A DNA stretch of 64,000 bases from Eledone cirrhosa (GCA_964016885.1 OZ024753.1:14880001-14944000), one strand, 5' to 3'; positions 41,061-54,339 are shown, numbered from the stretch's first letter. Notes: generated from the letters alone by a model not told the origin. Numbers and translations are program-made.

Positions 41061-41458
41061 TATTATACATATACGCACATATATATATATACATATATAT
41101 ATAGAGGGGGGGGGGGGGAGAAAGAGAGAGAGGGAGAGAAAGAAAGAATATAAGTTTCCATGTCTATTCTTTGATCATGTCACTTGCCAGTCAAGAACAA
41201 GTTTGAAGCTCCAGTATATATTTGTGAAACCCTCAAAGACAGGGAGTCACTGATTCAAACCTTCCATTGGCCACTTCATAATTTATCCTGTCATCTAACA
41301 TATAACATAGAAGACAGAGAGATCCTAAAATACCTGTAATTATGGGTTTTTTTCCTTTTAGACATAAGCTTCACTTTCAATTACGAATTCTTGTCAAAGA
41401 TGTTTCTTTAATTCTTTTAGCGAGGTTAGCTGCAGGCTTTCTAGATTAGCTCTCCCTT

Positions 41459-41467
41459 ATATGTGTG

Positions 41468-41500
<33 letters not shown>

Positions 41501-42061
41501 GTATGTATATATGTATGTATATATATGTATATATGTATATATGTATATATATATATATATGTATGTATGTATACATGTATGTATACATGTATGTATATAT
41601 GTATGTATATATATGTATGTATACATGTTATGTATATATGTATGTATATATGTATATATGTATGTATATATGTATGTATATATATGTATGCATACATATA
41701 ACATACATATACATATATATATACACATAAACATATATGTGTACATATAACATATATGTACACATATATATATATACATATAACATATATATGTACACAT
41801 ATATATATATACATATAACATATACATTTATATATACATACATATAACATACATATATATACATACAAACATATATATACATACATAAACACATATATAC
41901 ATACATATAACATATATATATACACATACATATAACATACATATATATACATACAAACATATATATACATACATAAACACATATATACATATGTGTATGT
42001 GTATTTATATGTATATATATATATATACAAATACACACACACACATGTATATATATATATA

Positions 42062-42092
<31 letters not shown>

Positions 42093-42185
42093 GCACACAC
42101 ACATTTACATATATATATATACACACAAACACACACACATATATATTTATATATATATACACAAAAATATGTATATATGTATGTA
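41459..42185. repeat. Compound (TA)/(TATG)/(CATA)/(CA) microsatellite
   Basis: Direct inspection; strand polarity switches near 41690. Confidence 0.9.
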
Positions 42186-42760
42186 AAACCTCTTCCATAT
42201 ATATTCCTAAATACATATTTTCCTGGCGGTAACACTCACCACATCACCAACTTCGACAACACAAAGTAAAAAAAAGAAAAAAATGTTTGTAAATGGATAA
42301 AAGCTAACATTTTCTGATTGTAATCCCTCTTTTCAAATTTAAATTTGACTATGGCTGCCAGCAAACATGTGTAGAGTCTTTAAAAACAAGGATTAAAACA
42401 ACGGCAAAGATGTTTTAACAAATTCACTTAGACTCTAAGATATGGAACTTAGATTCCATTAAAAATGTTCTACTACCATTTGAAGGTAGATGGGTTAGTG
42501 GTTAGTGAATTGGATTCACAATTTTGATGTTGTGAGTTTGATTCCTGGATTGAGTGCTGCGTTAAGTCCTTGAGCAAGATACTTTATTTCACGTTGCTCC
42601 TTCTGGCAGGAGTTGTGACTGGTAAATAGTATTAGCAATGGAAATACCAATGGAAACATAGTTTCCTTGGTCTGTCTTAAATAGTTCCACCTCACTTAGT
42701 TATGAGGTTTGAGATCTTGTTGATTGATTCCATTCATGTTTATATCTATATCTATCTATC

Positions 42761-42803
<43 letters not shown>

Positions 42804-43001
42804 TGTTATACTTTGGGAGAGTCATGTTGCCAATAAGAAACACACGCACTAGTTGCTTTCACTTCAATTTATTATAATAAATTGAAGTGAAAGCAACTGG
42901 TGCGTGTGTTTCTTATTGGCAACATGACCCTCCCAAAGTATAACAATATCGGTTTCAACACACGATTTCAGATAAAGAATCTTGCTAAACAAATCCAGAA
43001 A

Positions 43002-43040
<39 letters not shown>

Positions 43041-43042
43041 TG

Positions 43043-43091
<49 letters not shown>

Positions 43092-43931
43092 GTATATGCA
43101 TATATCATCATCATCATCACCGTTTTTCGTGGCGCCTTGAACTATATATATATATATATAGGAAAATGTATGACCCCAACGGCAGAGCTCAAGCCGTTTC
43201 GACAGACTATTTCTGGACATTGAGTAGTACTCTGGTGCGTTATGGTCCATCTGGTTCCTTACCACAACTCCTTCGTTATATATATATATGCTTGGTGGTC
43301 ACCCATCTATCCGGTTCGTTTGTCTACCAGCATATCAGGAAAAAAATTATACACTTTCTATGTATTTTATCTGAGTGCACGTTTTGCTTTATGTTATACA
43401 TAAAACTTTACATCTTCAAAATCATCATCATCATCATCATCATCACTGTTTTACGTCCATTCTTCAATGCTAGCATGGGTTAGACGGGTTGTCCTGTTCT
43501 GGGCAGTATCCAGTCGGCAGGCCTTCTCTTGCTCATACGGGAACTGATTCTGGCTTGATTTCTACAGCTGGATGCCCTTCCTAACACCAACCTCATTTAC
43601 AGTGAGTACTGGGTGCTTTTTCGTGGCGCCTACATGTCCACTTTACAGTGTGGGCTGGGTGCTTTTTTGCTGTGGCACCTCCACGACCACCTTGCAGTGG
43701 GGGGTGTGGGGGCATATTGTCTATATGCTTCAGCTTGTACCCATATATATATGTATATATCTATGCATATATATATAGCTGTGTATATATGATTATGTTT
43801 GTATTTGTGTGTGTATGTGTGGTGTTTGCGAATGTGCTTGTGTGTGGTGTGTGTGTGTGTGTGTGTGTGTCTATAAGAGAGTATGTGGTATGTGTGTGTG
43901 TGTGTGTGTGTGTGTCTATAAGAGAGTATGT

Positions 43932-43969
<38 letters not shown>

Positions 43970-45197
43970 TATAAGAGAGTATGTGGTGTGTGTGTGTGTA
44001 TGTTAGTCATTCATCAGTTCCAGTTATCCAACAATTGTAACATCCTCCTCAAGATATTAATGTCCAAATGACTGAATGCGCTGAGATATGAATGTTTAAT
44101 ATTGTTCCCAGTAAAATCCACCATGACAGACTGTGTGACAAGCTACCAATATATTGTTTCTACTTTTGGCACAAGGCCAGCAATTATCCCAGTGCATTAC
44201 TGGTACTTTATTTTATCGACCCCGTAAGGATGAAAGGCAAAGTTAACCTCGGCGGGATTTGAACTCAGATCATAAAGGGAGGTAACTCTATGCTTCAAAG
44301 CATGGCGTCCGACCCTTACCGATACTGCCAATCCACCACCCTTGACAAGCTACCAATATATTGATACATTGTTCCTACTTACCATTAGTAGTATTATTAA
44401 TACTGTTTCTTAAGGATACTGACTACAGTGTAATATTAAATCTAGAATACCACATTGGTAACCAGACCCTCGATGGTATTGAGTACTCAAACTGGCGTAC
44501 CAATAGCTAAATGTTACATATCAGAAAAACCTGGGACGAGGTGATAAAAACTGACCTTGCTCACTCAAACCTCTCCAAGACAATGTCATGTGATCGAGAT
44601 CTTTGGCGCTATGCAGTAATACAGAAGACCTGCCTTCCCTTACGTACAAACTTAAACCTACAGTCAGTAGGCACCTCTTAACCCAATATACACCTCAACT
44701 CACTACCCTTACTCTATCCTCCCACTTCCACCCACACCACCCTTTCTCTGTAAAGTTATGTTAGTACCACAGAACATCCAGTCCACACTAAAGAGGTCAT
44801 GTAGGGGTCACAACAAAAAGCACCCAGTCCACATGGTAAAATGGTCGTGTAGGAGACACGGTAAAAAGGCTCCCAGTCCACACTATAAATGTGGTTGGTC
44901 TTAGGAAGGGCATCCAGGCGCTGAACACCTGCCAGAGACAGCCCTGTACAAGCGAGACATGGTCACCCGACCTCAATGGGTTGAACCCGTCCAACACATG
45001 CTAGCGTAGAAGATAGATGTTAAATAATAAAAAATATGAAAAGATTCAGGACCCCGACAGCGGAGCTCCGGCTATTTCGACAGCTAGCTCCAACAGCTTG
45101 ATCTAATATATATATATACACACACATACACATACACACACATATATATATATACATTCTTATGTTTGGGTTTACAAACATGAAGAAAAATGCTTAA

Positions 45198-45407
45198 CCC
45201 CTCAGCATTCACATTACTCTATATATACTATTATATTTTCATGGTAAAGGCTTTACCTCACATAATTATCTCACATAATATCGAATCTTTGAGATTTTTA
45301 AAGTATTTATTTTGAGAACAATACCTTAACATCAGTTTGAGCGACCAGTTAAAGCCAGTTTCAACAGACAGATGTAGAGAGTTTTGGCTAGTTTGAACAT
45401 TAAAGGG
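45198..45407 (+). mobile_element. piggyBac-like MITE (~210 bp)
   Basis: TTAA|CCC...AAAGGG|TTAA. Other copies at 14220-15024 (expanded), 16856-17281 (tandem pair, -), 49282-49491 (-) and, diverged, about 58343-58554. Confidence 0.8.
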
Positions 45408-45749
45408 TTAATACCAAATTAGAGATGATATATTGAATATATATCTGAGATTCCTCTCTGTTGCTACTCTGAGTTTTGCAAATATCTGCTGTTTAGGTCA
45501 CTAGAAATCATGTTTTCTTGACAGAATATACGGCTAATATAATGGGTAAGGCTAATATAATGTTAACATAGATGGGACTGACATAAGAAAAATATATTCC
45601 TTTTTAGCAAATGGATGCTAAAATGTCTTGAAAAAGGAAATATACTATATTTATATTGCCACCTATATACACACAGAAACATACATATACACACACTCAA
45701 AACTCCACATACATGTGTACATACACATTAATTATTATATGTGATCTGC

Positions 45750-45887
45750 ATATACATATATGTACACATTCACTCACAGAAACGCATATACACACACACA
45801 TATTTACATATATGTACACATTTACACACAGAAACGCATACACACACACATATACATATAAGAACACATTCACACACAGAAACGCAT

Positions 45888-45918
<31 letters not shown>

Positions 45919-47420
45919 CATATATGTTCACATTCACACACAGAAACGCATATACACACACACACATATATATATATACATATATGTACACATTTACACA
46001 CAGAAACGCATACACACACACACACATATATGAACACATTCACACACAGAAACGCATACACACACACATATATATACATATATGTACACATTTACACACA
46101 GAAACGCATACACACACACACACACATACATATATGAACACATTCACACACAGAAACGCATACACACACACATATTTACATATATGTACACATTCACACA
46201 CAGAAACGTATACACACACACATATATACATATATGTACACATTTACACACAGAAACGCATACACACACACACACACACATATACATATATGAACACATT
46301 CACACACTGGAACGCATACACACACACACATACATATATGTACACATTCACACACAGCAACGTATATATACACACACACACACACATATATATACATATA
46401 TGTACACATTTACACACAGAAACGCATACACACACACACACACATATATGAACACATTCACACACAGAAACGCATACACACACATATATACATATATGTA
46501 CACATTCACACACAGAAACGCATACACACATATATATATATATACATACATGTACACATTCACACACAGAAACGCATATACACACACATATATACATATA
46601 TGTACACATTTACACACAGAAACGCATACATATGCACACATATACATATATGAACACATTCACACACAGAAACGCATACACACACACACATATATATATA
46701 TATACATATATGTACACATTCACACACAGAAACGCATATACACACACACACATATATATATACATATATATGTACACATTTACACACAGAAACGCATACA
46801 CACACACACACACACATACATATATGAACACATTCACACACAGAAACGCATACACACACATATATACATATATGTACACATTTACACACAGAAACGCATA
46901 CACACACACACACACACACATATACATATATGAACATATTCACACACAGAAACGTATAAACACACACATATACATATATGTACACATTTACACACGAGAA
47001 CGCATATACACACACACACATATATATACATATATGAACACATTCACACTCAGAAACGCATATACACACATATATATATATACATATATGTACACATTTA
47101 CACACAGAAACGCATACACACACACAAACACATTCACACACAGAAACGCATACACACACACATATATATACATATATGTACACATTCACACACACATATA
47201 TATACATATATGTACACATTCACACACAAACGCATACACACACACAAACACATTCACACACAGAAACGCATACACACACACATATACATATATGTACACA
47301 TTCACACACACAAACGCATACACATATATACATACATGTACACATTCACACACAGAAACGCATACTCACACATATATACGTACATGTACACACACATATA
47401 TATACATATATATAAACATA
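45750..47420. repeat. Microsatellite-derived minisatellite (~40-55-bp variable unit)
   Basis: Recurrent core tatatg(t/a)acacatt(c/t)acacacagaaacgcata followed by variable (CA)n(TA)n. Confidence 0.9.
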
Positions 47421-47649
47421 CATATATAAGTGTATCTATTCTAAACATTCAGAATAAGTACACAATATATTTGTGTTGTTAAAAAGTGACTAAAAGGACT
47501 ATTAGTAAGGCTGATATATATATAAATAAATATACACACCACATGCATGTACACGTGTGTGTGTGGGCGTGCATGTGTGTTTGTGTGTGGATGTGTGTGT
47601 GTCTATGTGTGTGTGTGTATATATATAAAATAAGGTGAATATCTTTCTG

Positions 47650-47697
<48 letters not shown>

Positions 47698-47698
<1 letters not shown>

Positions 47699-48794
47699 TA
47701 GCAGAATGGCCCGGCGTTGCTCAGGCTTCTAAACATAGATTGGCATGTTTATCCCTCCTTTCTGAAACAGTACAGAAAGTACGGAATACCTCGGCCTGGG
47801 GATGGTGTCTACATTTTGTGCTTAGGCAAATAATTTTCCATTAAGATTTTTCAAAAGCATGTAATTGCATTCCCTCTCTTTTTTGTTGTTATTTTTGCTG
47901 CTGTTGGTGTGATAGTGTTGGTCGTACTACCAACACAGTCTCGTCCTTCTTCAGCCAATCGTGTATATTCCCTTCTGCCTCGTCTACCTAAATGATTGTA
48001 GCACCTCCTTGTACACAATGTTCCTTGTTCTTCCGTGTCGGGCATATGCAAAGAGATTTGTCTTGCTTCCCATTCTTGAGCAGCCAACGTATGGTTGCCC
48101 GTGTGAAAAACATGACTCTTCCAAAAGAAGACCAGCAACAGCTAGGGTCTGACCCTGGGATTTGTTGATAGATATTGCAAAGCTGACACGGTTTGGCAAA
48201 TGGTTCGTTGGTTGTCTGTTTTGAGTGCTCTTCTAGTGGCAGTACGTTCAGCATCTTGCGACCGTCGAATAGCAGATTCCACTGATGATTCGTTTGCCCG
48301 CCTTATTCTTTTTCTTGCCGCTTTCGCAGTATTTCGGCCAATGGAGTATCTCTTCCTTCGAGGCATGACCTAAAAGCAGGATGAAGTACACTAAGACTAA
48401 CTGGTAGAGTAAGGAGTAAACTCGTCAGTGATGCATGTGATTTCCGAACCGTTGACTAAGTAATTGCTGGCCTTGTGCCAAAAGTAGTGGGACTTTTTGG
48501 GTGGCATATCGGCAGTAACAATGACGATAAGCCGTCTGTGCTTTCATGAAATAAATAAGTTTCTTTATATTTTGTTTTTGTGTATGCAAAAATATCTGTA
48601 CATGAATATACATATTAAAATAACAGATTAAAGTTTAAGCAGAGAATCGCTGCTTTCACCCTTAATGGGTTCTTCTGAAACTAAAAATATCAAGTTTGAG
48701 ATCAATCAGAGTAGAAATGTGGATGTGTATAGACTTTGCAAAAATTAGGACACACGCACACACAGACAATTTCAGTTTTATATATAAGTAGAGA
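47698..48794 (-). mobile_element. Internally deleted Helitron (RepHel N-terminus fused to helicase C-terminus)
   Basis: MPRRKRYSIGRNTAKAARKRIRRANES... abuts RVSFAISINKSQGQTLAVAGLLLEESCFSHGQPYVGCSR...TRNIVYKEVL. 5' TC; 3' gcaacgccggg...CTAG|T. Confidence 0.88.
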
Positions 48795-49031
48795 TAAAAA
48801 AAAAATTTTTTTTAAATATACAATCCACACTGTGGTTGGGGTTAGGAAGGGCATCCAACCATAGAAAACCTGCCAGATAGTCCTATACGAGCGAGACACT
48901 GTCTCCGAACAATCTTGCCTCATATAGGATAATTCCTGTCTAACCCATGCTAGCGTGGAAGATAGACGTATGATGATGATGATGATGTGTGTGTGTGTGT
49001 GTGTGTGTCTGAGAGTGTTTATGTGTATGTA

Positions 49032-49099
<68 letters not shown>

Positions 49100-49545
49100 A
49101 ATCCGCAAATGAAAAGTTGTCACTTTCCTTCAGTCCTCCTCCATCTTGCTTCTCTGAAGAGCTACACTTTAAGTAGATCATACCTCATGCTCCAAGTCCA
49201 CACAATTTATCAATGCCCTACGCTTGATAAAGGTTGTTTGTAAATTGTAAGACAATGTACTTTTTCCCATTCAAACATTAACCCTTTAGCATTTAAACCA
49301 GCCAGAATTATCTCACCCCTTTCTCTTCAAACCCGCCATAACCGACCACTTATTCTGACGTTAAGGTATTGTTCTCAAAATAAATAACATCAAAATCCCA
49401 TAGATTTGATACTAGGTGAGATATTATGTGAGATAAAAACTTTTCTGTGAAAATACAATAGTAAATATACAGTAATATGAATGTTAAAGGGTTAAGTTGT
49501 GGTCACCACTCTATATATATAATTAGTTACAATAATGACATACAC

Positions 49546-49649
49546 AGGTACTTAAGTTTCATTGGATTATACACCCCAACTCATTCAGCCTCGTATATAT
49601 AGGCTGAATGAGTTGGGCTGTATCACCCAAGGAAACTTAAGTAGCTGTA
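49546..49649. ncRNA. Back-to-back pair of hammerhead-like motifs with an 8-nt core (CUGAAUGA)
   Basis: Both arms read AGG-CUGAAUGA-GUUGGG...YCCAAK-GAAA-CUUAAG-UA (minus 49546-49591, plus 49598-49649). Confidence 0.6.
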
Positions 49650-50279
49650 AATGTCACTGTTGTAATTAATTATACTTGACTTGTCATATGGACTCAGCGC
49701 TCTTACCCTTGGATATTTCTACCAAACATACTACAGTTTATATATATAATCATCATTATCATCATCGTTTAACGTCCACCTTCAACGCTTGCATGGGTTT
49801 GGACGGGAGTTTTCCCACTTGAGGCAAGATTTGTTGTCTTGCTCGTATAGGACTGTCTGGCGGGTTTTCTACAGCTGGATGCTCTTCCTAACACCAACCA
49901 CATTTACAGTGTGGAACTGGGAGGTTTTTACCGTGTTACCTGCACGGCCACATTACAGCGTGGACTGTGTGTTTTTTTTGTCGTGACACCTACACGACCT
50001 CATTTGTTTCGGGCTGGATGTTGTGGTACCAACATAACTTCACATTTAAGGGGGTGATGTGGATGGGGTGGGGGTAGTGGGACGGGGGTGTATTTTGTTA
50101 GAGGTGCCTACTGACTGTAGTAGGTTTCGCTTTGTACTTAGGCAAGGCGGGTCTTCTGTATGACTGTGTAGCGCCAAAGATCTCGGTCCAGTGACATTGT
50201 CTTGGAGAAGTGTAAGTGTGTGATAAATATATATATATATATATATAAACGTGTATAATATATATATATATATATATAT

Positions 50280-50701
50280 AAACGGAAAAAATGAAACGGA
50301 ATTTCATTTCTCACTCTTAGTGCGGCTGTTACTTAAATATAAGTATGTATACGTACATACATATATGTATACAGACATACTGTAGTATGTATATATATAT
50401 ATATATACATACATGCACACATATATATATGTACGTATGGAATCACCGAACATTTATTATAATGCTCGGTGTGTTTGTAAACAAACATCCCGCATTAAGC
50501 CGTACAGTGTCTAGCAACCATCGTTGCTCATTTGTTCAACACTCACAAAGGAACGCTGTACTAGTTTCAAGCTATCGTCAGCATCGTATACCTTCCTGCC
50601 AGATGATTGAACGTCTGAAAGTATATACTTTCCTTATGCATAATAACGGCTGAGCAGCCTAATTTGATCCATACATACATATATATAGACATGTGTGCAT
50701 G

Positions 50702-50739
<38 letters not shown>

Positions 50740-51225
50740 CTACTGTACGTCTGTATTCATATATGTATGTACGTATACATACTCATATTTAAGTAACAAC
50801 CGTACTAAGAGTGAGAAATGAAATTTTGTTTCATTTTTTCCGTTTATCGTTTTCGGTGCACCCCGGCCGATTAACTCACTCAATATGCAAATTAGGCTGC
50901 TCAGTCGTTAATATGCATAAGGAAAGTATATACTTTCAGACGTTCAATCATCTGGCAGGAAGGTATACGTTGCTGACGATAGCTAATAAGCTTGAAACTA
51001 GTACCGTGTTCCTTTGTCAGTGTTGAACAAATGAGCAACGATGCTTGCTAGACACTGTACGGTTTAATTCGGGATGTTTGTTTACAAACACACCGAGCAT
51101 TATAATAAATGTTCGGTGACTCCATACGTACATATATATATATGTGTGCATGTATGTATATATATATATACATACAACTGTACGTCTTTATACATACATG
51201 TATGTACGTATACATACTTATATTT
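50280..51225. mobile_element. Permuted inverted-repeat element (PLE pLTR-like) in (TA)n
   Basis: Segments A (50281-50390) and B (50430-50667) are followed by rcA (50735-50845), a spacer, rcB (50888-51130) and a further partial rcA; hammerhead in B. Confidence 0.65.
50967..51008 (+). ncRNA. Minimal hammerhead motif (CUAG stem III)
   Basis: ACGUUG-CUGACGA-UAGC UAAUAA GCUU-GAAA-CUAG-UA|CCGUGU. The inverted copy at 50553-50587 has the stem I 3' strand CAGCGU but a deleted stem II loop. Confidence 0.65.
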
Positions 51226-51487
51226 ATATATATATATATATATATATGTAGAAGAGATATTTAATTTGTTGGAAATCCAACAAATTTAGATGTTTATAAC
51301 TGATTCAGAGCACTCGACAGATTTCTGGAGTAAGTATTCAATGATATTAAATAAATGGAAACTATATATATAAAACCATATTTATTCTATTATATATATT
51401 TCAAGGGTACCAAAAACTTTCCAGGGATAACTTGAACCATTAAGGTATATTATCCTTTGTCATATCAAATATTTATAAAACATTTTG

Positions 51488-51549
51488 TATTTTATCTGAT
51501 GATAGCGTACCAAAATTTTTGGTACCCTTGAAATATATATAATAGAATA
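51488..51549 (+). ncRNA. Minimal type I hammerhead ribozyme motif (same family as 29493)
   Basis: UAUUUUAU-CUGAUGA-UAGCGUACCAAAAUUUUUGGUACCCUU-GAAA-UAUAUA-UA|AUAGAAUA. Confidence 0.75.
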
Positions 51550-53093
51550 AATATGGTTTTATAAATATAGTTTCCATTTACTTAATATCATTGTATATAT
51601 ATATATATATATATATCATCATTTTACGTCCGCTTTTACTTGCTATATATATAAGAGAGTGAAGGAACACAGAAATTCCTCTCTCAATTCATCCGTTCAT
51701 TAAGTGCCAAGAGGCAACATAAAACTATTTGACAGGCTGTAAAAATACTTCTCTTATTGAGTTTCACACTTTTGCAGTGTCTGTGAAATTATTACCTACA
51801 AAATTCCTCAATTATGTACAAAAACAACAACAAGAAATAAGAAAAAAATAAACGTTTTTCTTTACGAATATTTATGGCAATAAGATATTTCATCCAGCTC
51901 CTATACTTCTTGAATTCTTTTGCAGTAAATCGAAGATTAAGGAGATACAATTTAATCCCACTGAAGTTCTATATACAAACAATAGAATAAATAGGTTTGA
52001 TGCTCTAAATGATGTTTAAAATATATTATCTCTCATCCATAGTTTCACAGCACAAAGATGAAACAGTAAATATCTTGTCTAAATGATGTTCTCTGCTGAG
52101 TTTCATATTTCTAAACCTTGAATTACATTTTAATTGGAGGGAAAATTTACAATTCAATCATATTGCAATAAATAATGTGTGTGGGTGGGGGTGGAATAAG
52201 AAACTATTAGGTGAGCGGGACAGCAAAATATCTTCAAAGAAGAACCCCCTTCTTCCTCATGAAAGTGTTTCAGCACTTAGAATGGTATTTAATTCAGGCA
52301 CAATGCCAGCATGTTTGGAGAAGTGGATCAGCCAATCAGAGCAACCCCATGCATCCATGACTTCATACATATCTACTTTCTCCTCTGCTCGCACAATTAA
52401 TGCCACCCCCTGCCTCTACTGTGCACTTAGACCTTTTGAGTTGTGACAATATCTCTTATATTGGTGCCATGAAAATTCAGCCAGTGAATCCCATAAAGTG
52501 GTTGACAATAGGAAGGGTATACTGCTGCAAAAAACTATACTGAACAATTCAGAAGTTACTTCAGTTGCTTCAATGCCACAAGAACTTCTCTAGTGTTAGT
52601 GAGCTATAAGATAAGTGCACTCAATACATGCTGTAACGGTGTTGGTGATATGAAGTGCATCCAGTCACAGAAAACCTGCTAAATAAAGGGCTGGGATGAT
52701 ACTTCAGCTGATTCAAATACATGACACCCTCTCTAATAATTACATGATAAATGTAATATGGTTGGTGCTCATACATATATACAAATATTTATATACACAC
52801 AACTCTCTCTCTATATATATGTATATATATATATGTGTATATGTGTGTGTGTGACAGCTCACACCTATGCAGGTTTAGCTGGCGTCCTCCAAGGTATAAC
52901 TTGTTGGAGGTGTCTTGGGTGATCTAATGATAGGGACCCCAGTCCTATCATCTCATTTCTACAGCTGAGTAAACTGGAGCAACGTGAAATAAAGTGTCTT
53001 GCTCAAAGAAACAACACATCACCCGGTCTGAGAATTGAACTCACAACCTTTTGATTGCAAGCCCAATGCTCTAACCACTAAGCGATGCACCTT

Positions 53094-53161
<68 letters not shown>

Positions 53162-53295
53162 AGTAATGAGTTATTTAATTTGTTGATTATTCAACAAATT
53201 TAGTTTATAACAGATAAGAAGCATTCAACAGTTTTCTTCTGGAGTATAATATCAATAATATTAATAAATGGAAGCTATCTTTATAAAACCATATT

Positions 53296-53356
53296 TATTG
53301 TATTATATATATTTCAAGGGTACCAACATTTTGGTACGCTCTCATCAGATAAAATA
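53296..53356 (-). ncRNA. Minimal type I hammerhead ribozyme motif (same family as 29342)
   Basis: Minus strand: UAUUUUAU-CUGAUGA-GAGCGUACCAAAAUGUUGGUACCCUU-GAAA-UAUAUA-UA|AUACAAUA. Confidence 0.75.
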
Positions 53357-53585
53357 CAAAAATTGGTTTACAGATAGTGACATATCCAGATATCCAGACA
53401 AGAACTTAATGTTATGAGTTCTATTTGAATAGAACTCATAACATTAAGTTCTAGTTGTGTACTCCCTCCACATTTTGGATTCATCTCTCTCTCACTCGCC
53501 CCCTCTCTCTCTCTCTCTGTATATATATATATATATATATATGGAGGCACATGGCTTAGTGGTTATATATATATATATATATTTA

Positions 53586-53916
53586 TGGAGGCACATGGCT
53601 TAGTGGTTAGAGCATTGGCCCTGCAATCGAAAGGTTGTGAGTTCTATTCTCAGACCGGGTCACGTGTTGTTTCCTTGAGCAAGACACTTTATTTCACATT
53701 GCTCCAGTTTACTCAGCTGTAGAAATGAGATGATAGGGACTGGGGTCCCTATCATTCCACTGCAAAGTGGTCGTGGAGGTGCCACGGCAAGCACCCAGCC
53801 CACACTGTAAATGAGGTTGGTGTTAGGAAGGGCATCCAGCTGTAGAAATCAAGCCAGAATCAGTCCCTGTCCCACCCTTGCAAGCAGGGAAAAAGCGGAC
53901 GTAAAATGAAATGATG

Positions 53917-53918
<2 letters not shown>
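53586..53918 (+). mobile_element. tRNA-derived SINE family B with RTE-derived 3' tail (full-length representative)
   Basis: Head ggaggcacatggcttagtggttagag...gagttc, body ccttgagcaagacactt, tail ccc.tcccacccttgcaagcagggaaaagcggacgtaaaatg. Copies at 25910-26300(-), 32338-32670, 32975-33312(-), 52925-53093(-), 60204-60495, 15340-15607(-), 4470-4650(-), 63915-64000(-). Confidence 0.9.
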
Positions 53919-53947
<29 letters not shown>

Positions 53948-53962
53948 TATATATATATATAC

Positions 53963-54116
53963 TTCATTATTTCTGAAGACGGCGTATATATGTGTTGGTA
54001 TGTATATTTAATCTTGATAATTTGTATAATTTTGTATAATTTTGTACATAGATCTGTTGAATATGCATACCAATTCTAACACATATATATCCTAGAAACG
54101 ATCGTTAAATAATGAA
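53963..54116 (+). ncRNA. Hammerhead ribozyme motif with a ~115-nt stem II
   Basis: Perfect 10-bp stem I UUCAUUAUUU/AAAUAAUGAA, core CUGAAGA, stem II helices UAUAUAUGUGUU/AACACAUAUAUA and GGUAUGUAUAUUUA/UGAAUAUGCAUACC, then GAAA-CGAUCG-UU. Confidence 0.72.
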
Positions 54117-54304
54117 CTTTTTTTGTTTAATATAAGGAATTGTTTATTCATTATTTGTTTAATATTTTATCTTGACTCTGTATACCGTTTATCTTTCACC
54201 GAAAGTGATTTTTCATTACATCTCTTCTTTCCATGATATCCGGAATACATTGAGTTCTTCATACGGATTGGACACTACCGTAAACTCTTGGTAGATTTAT
54301 CTAC

Positions 54305-54339
<35 letters not shown>

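Noticed and set aside
45656-47482. Many long His/Thr/Tyr or Cys/Val ORFs (also 41441-42269, 2383-3746, 23902-24293)
   Set aside because: Translations of CA/TA/TATAA microsatellites.
50595-50635. Second hammerhead-like motif CAGAUGA...GAAA-GUAUAUAC-UU
   Set aside because: Core U4 is A, stem II is weak and there is no stem I pairing; it is just a 16-bp palindrome.
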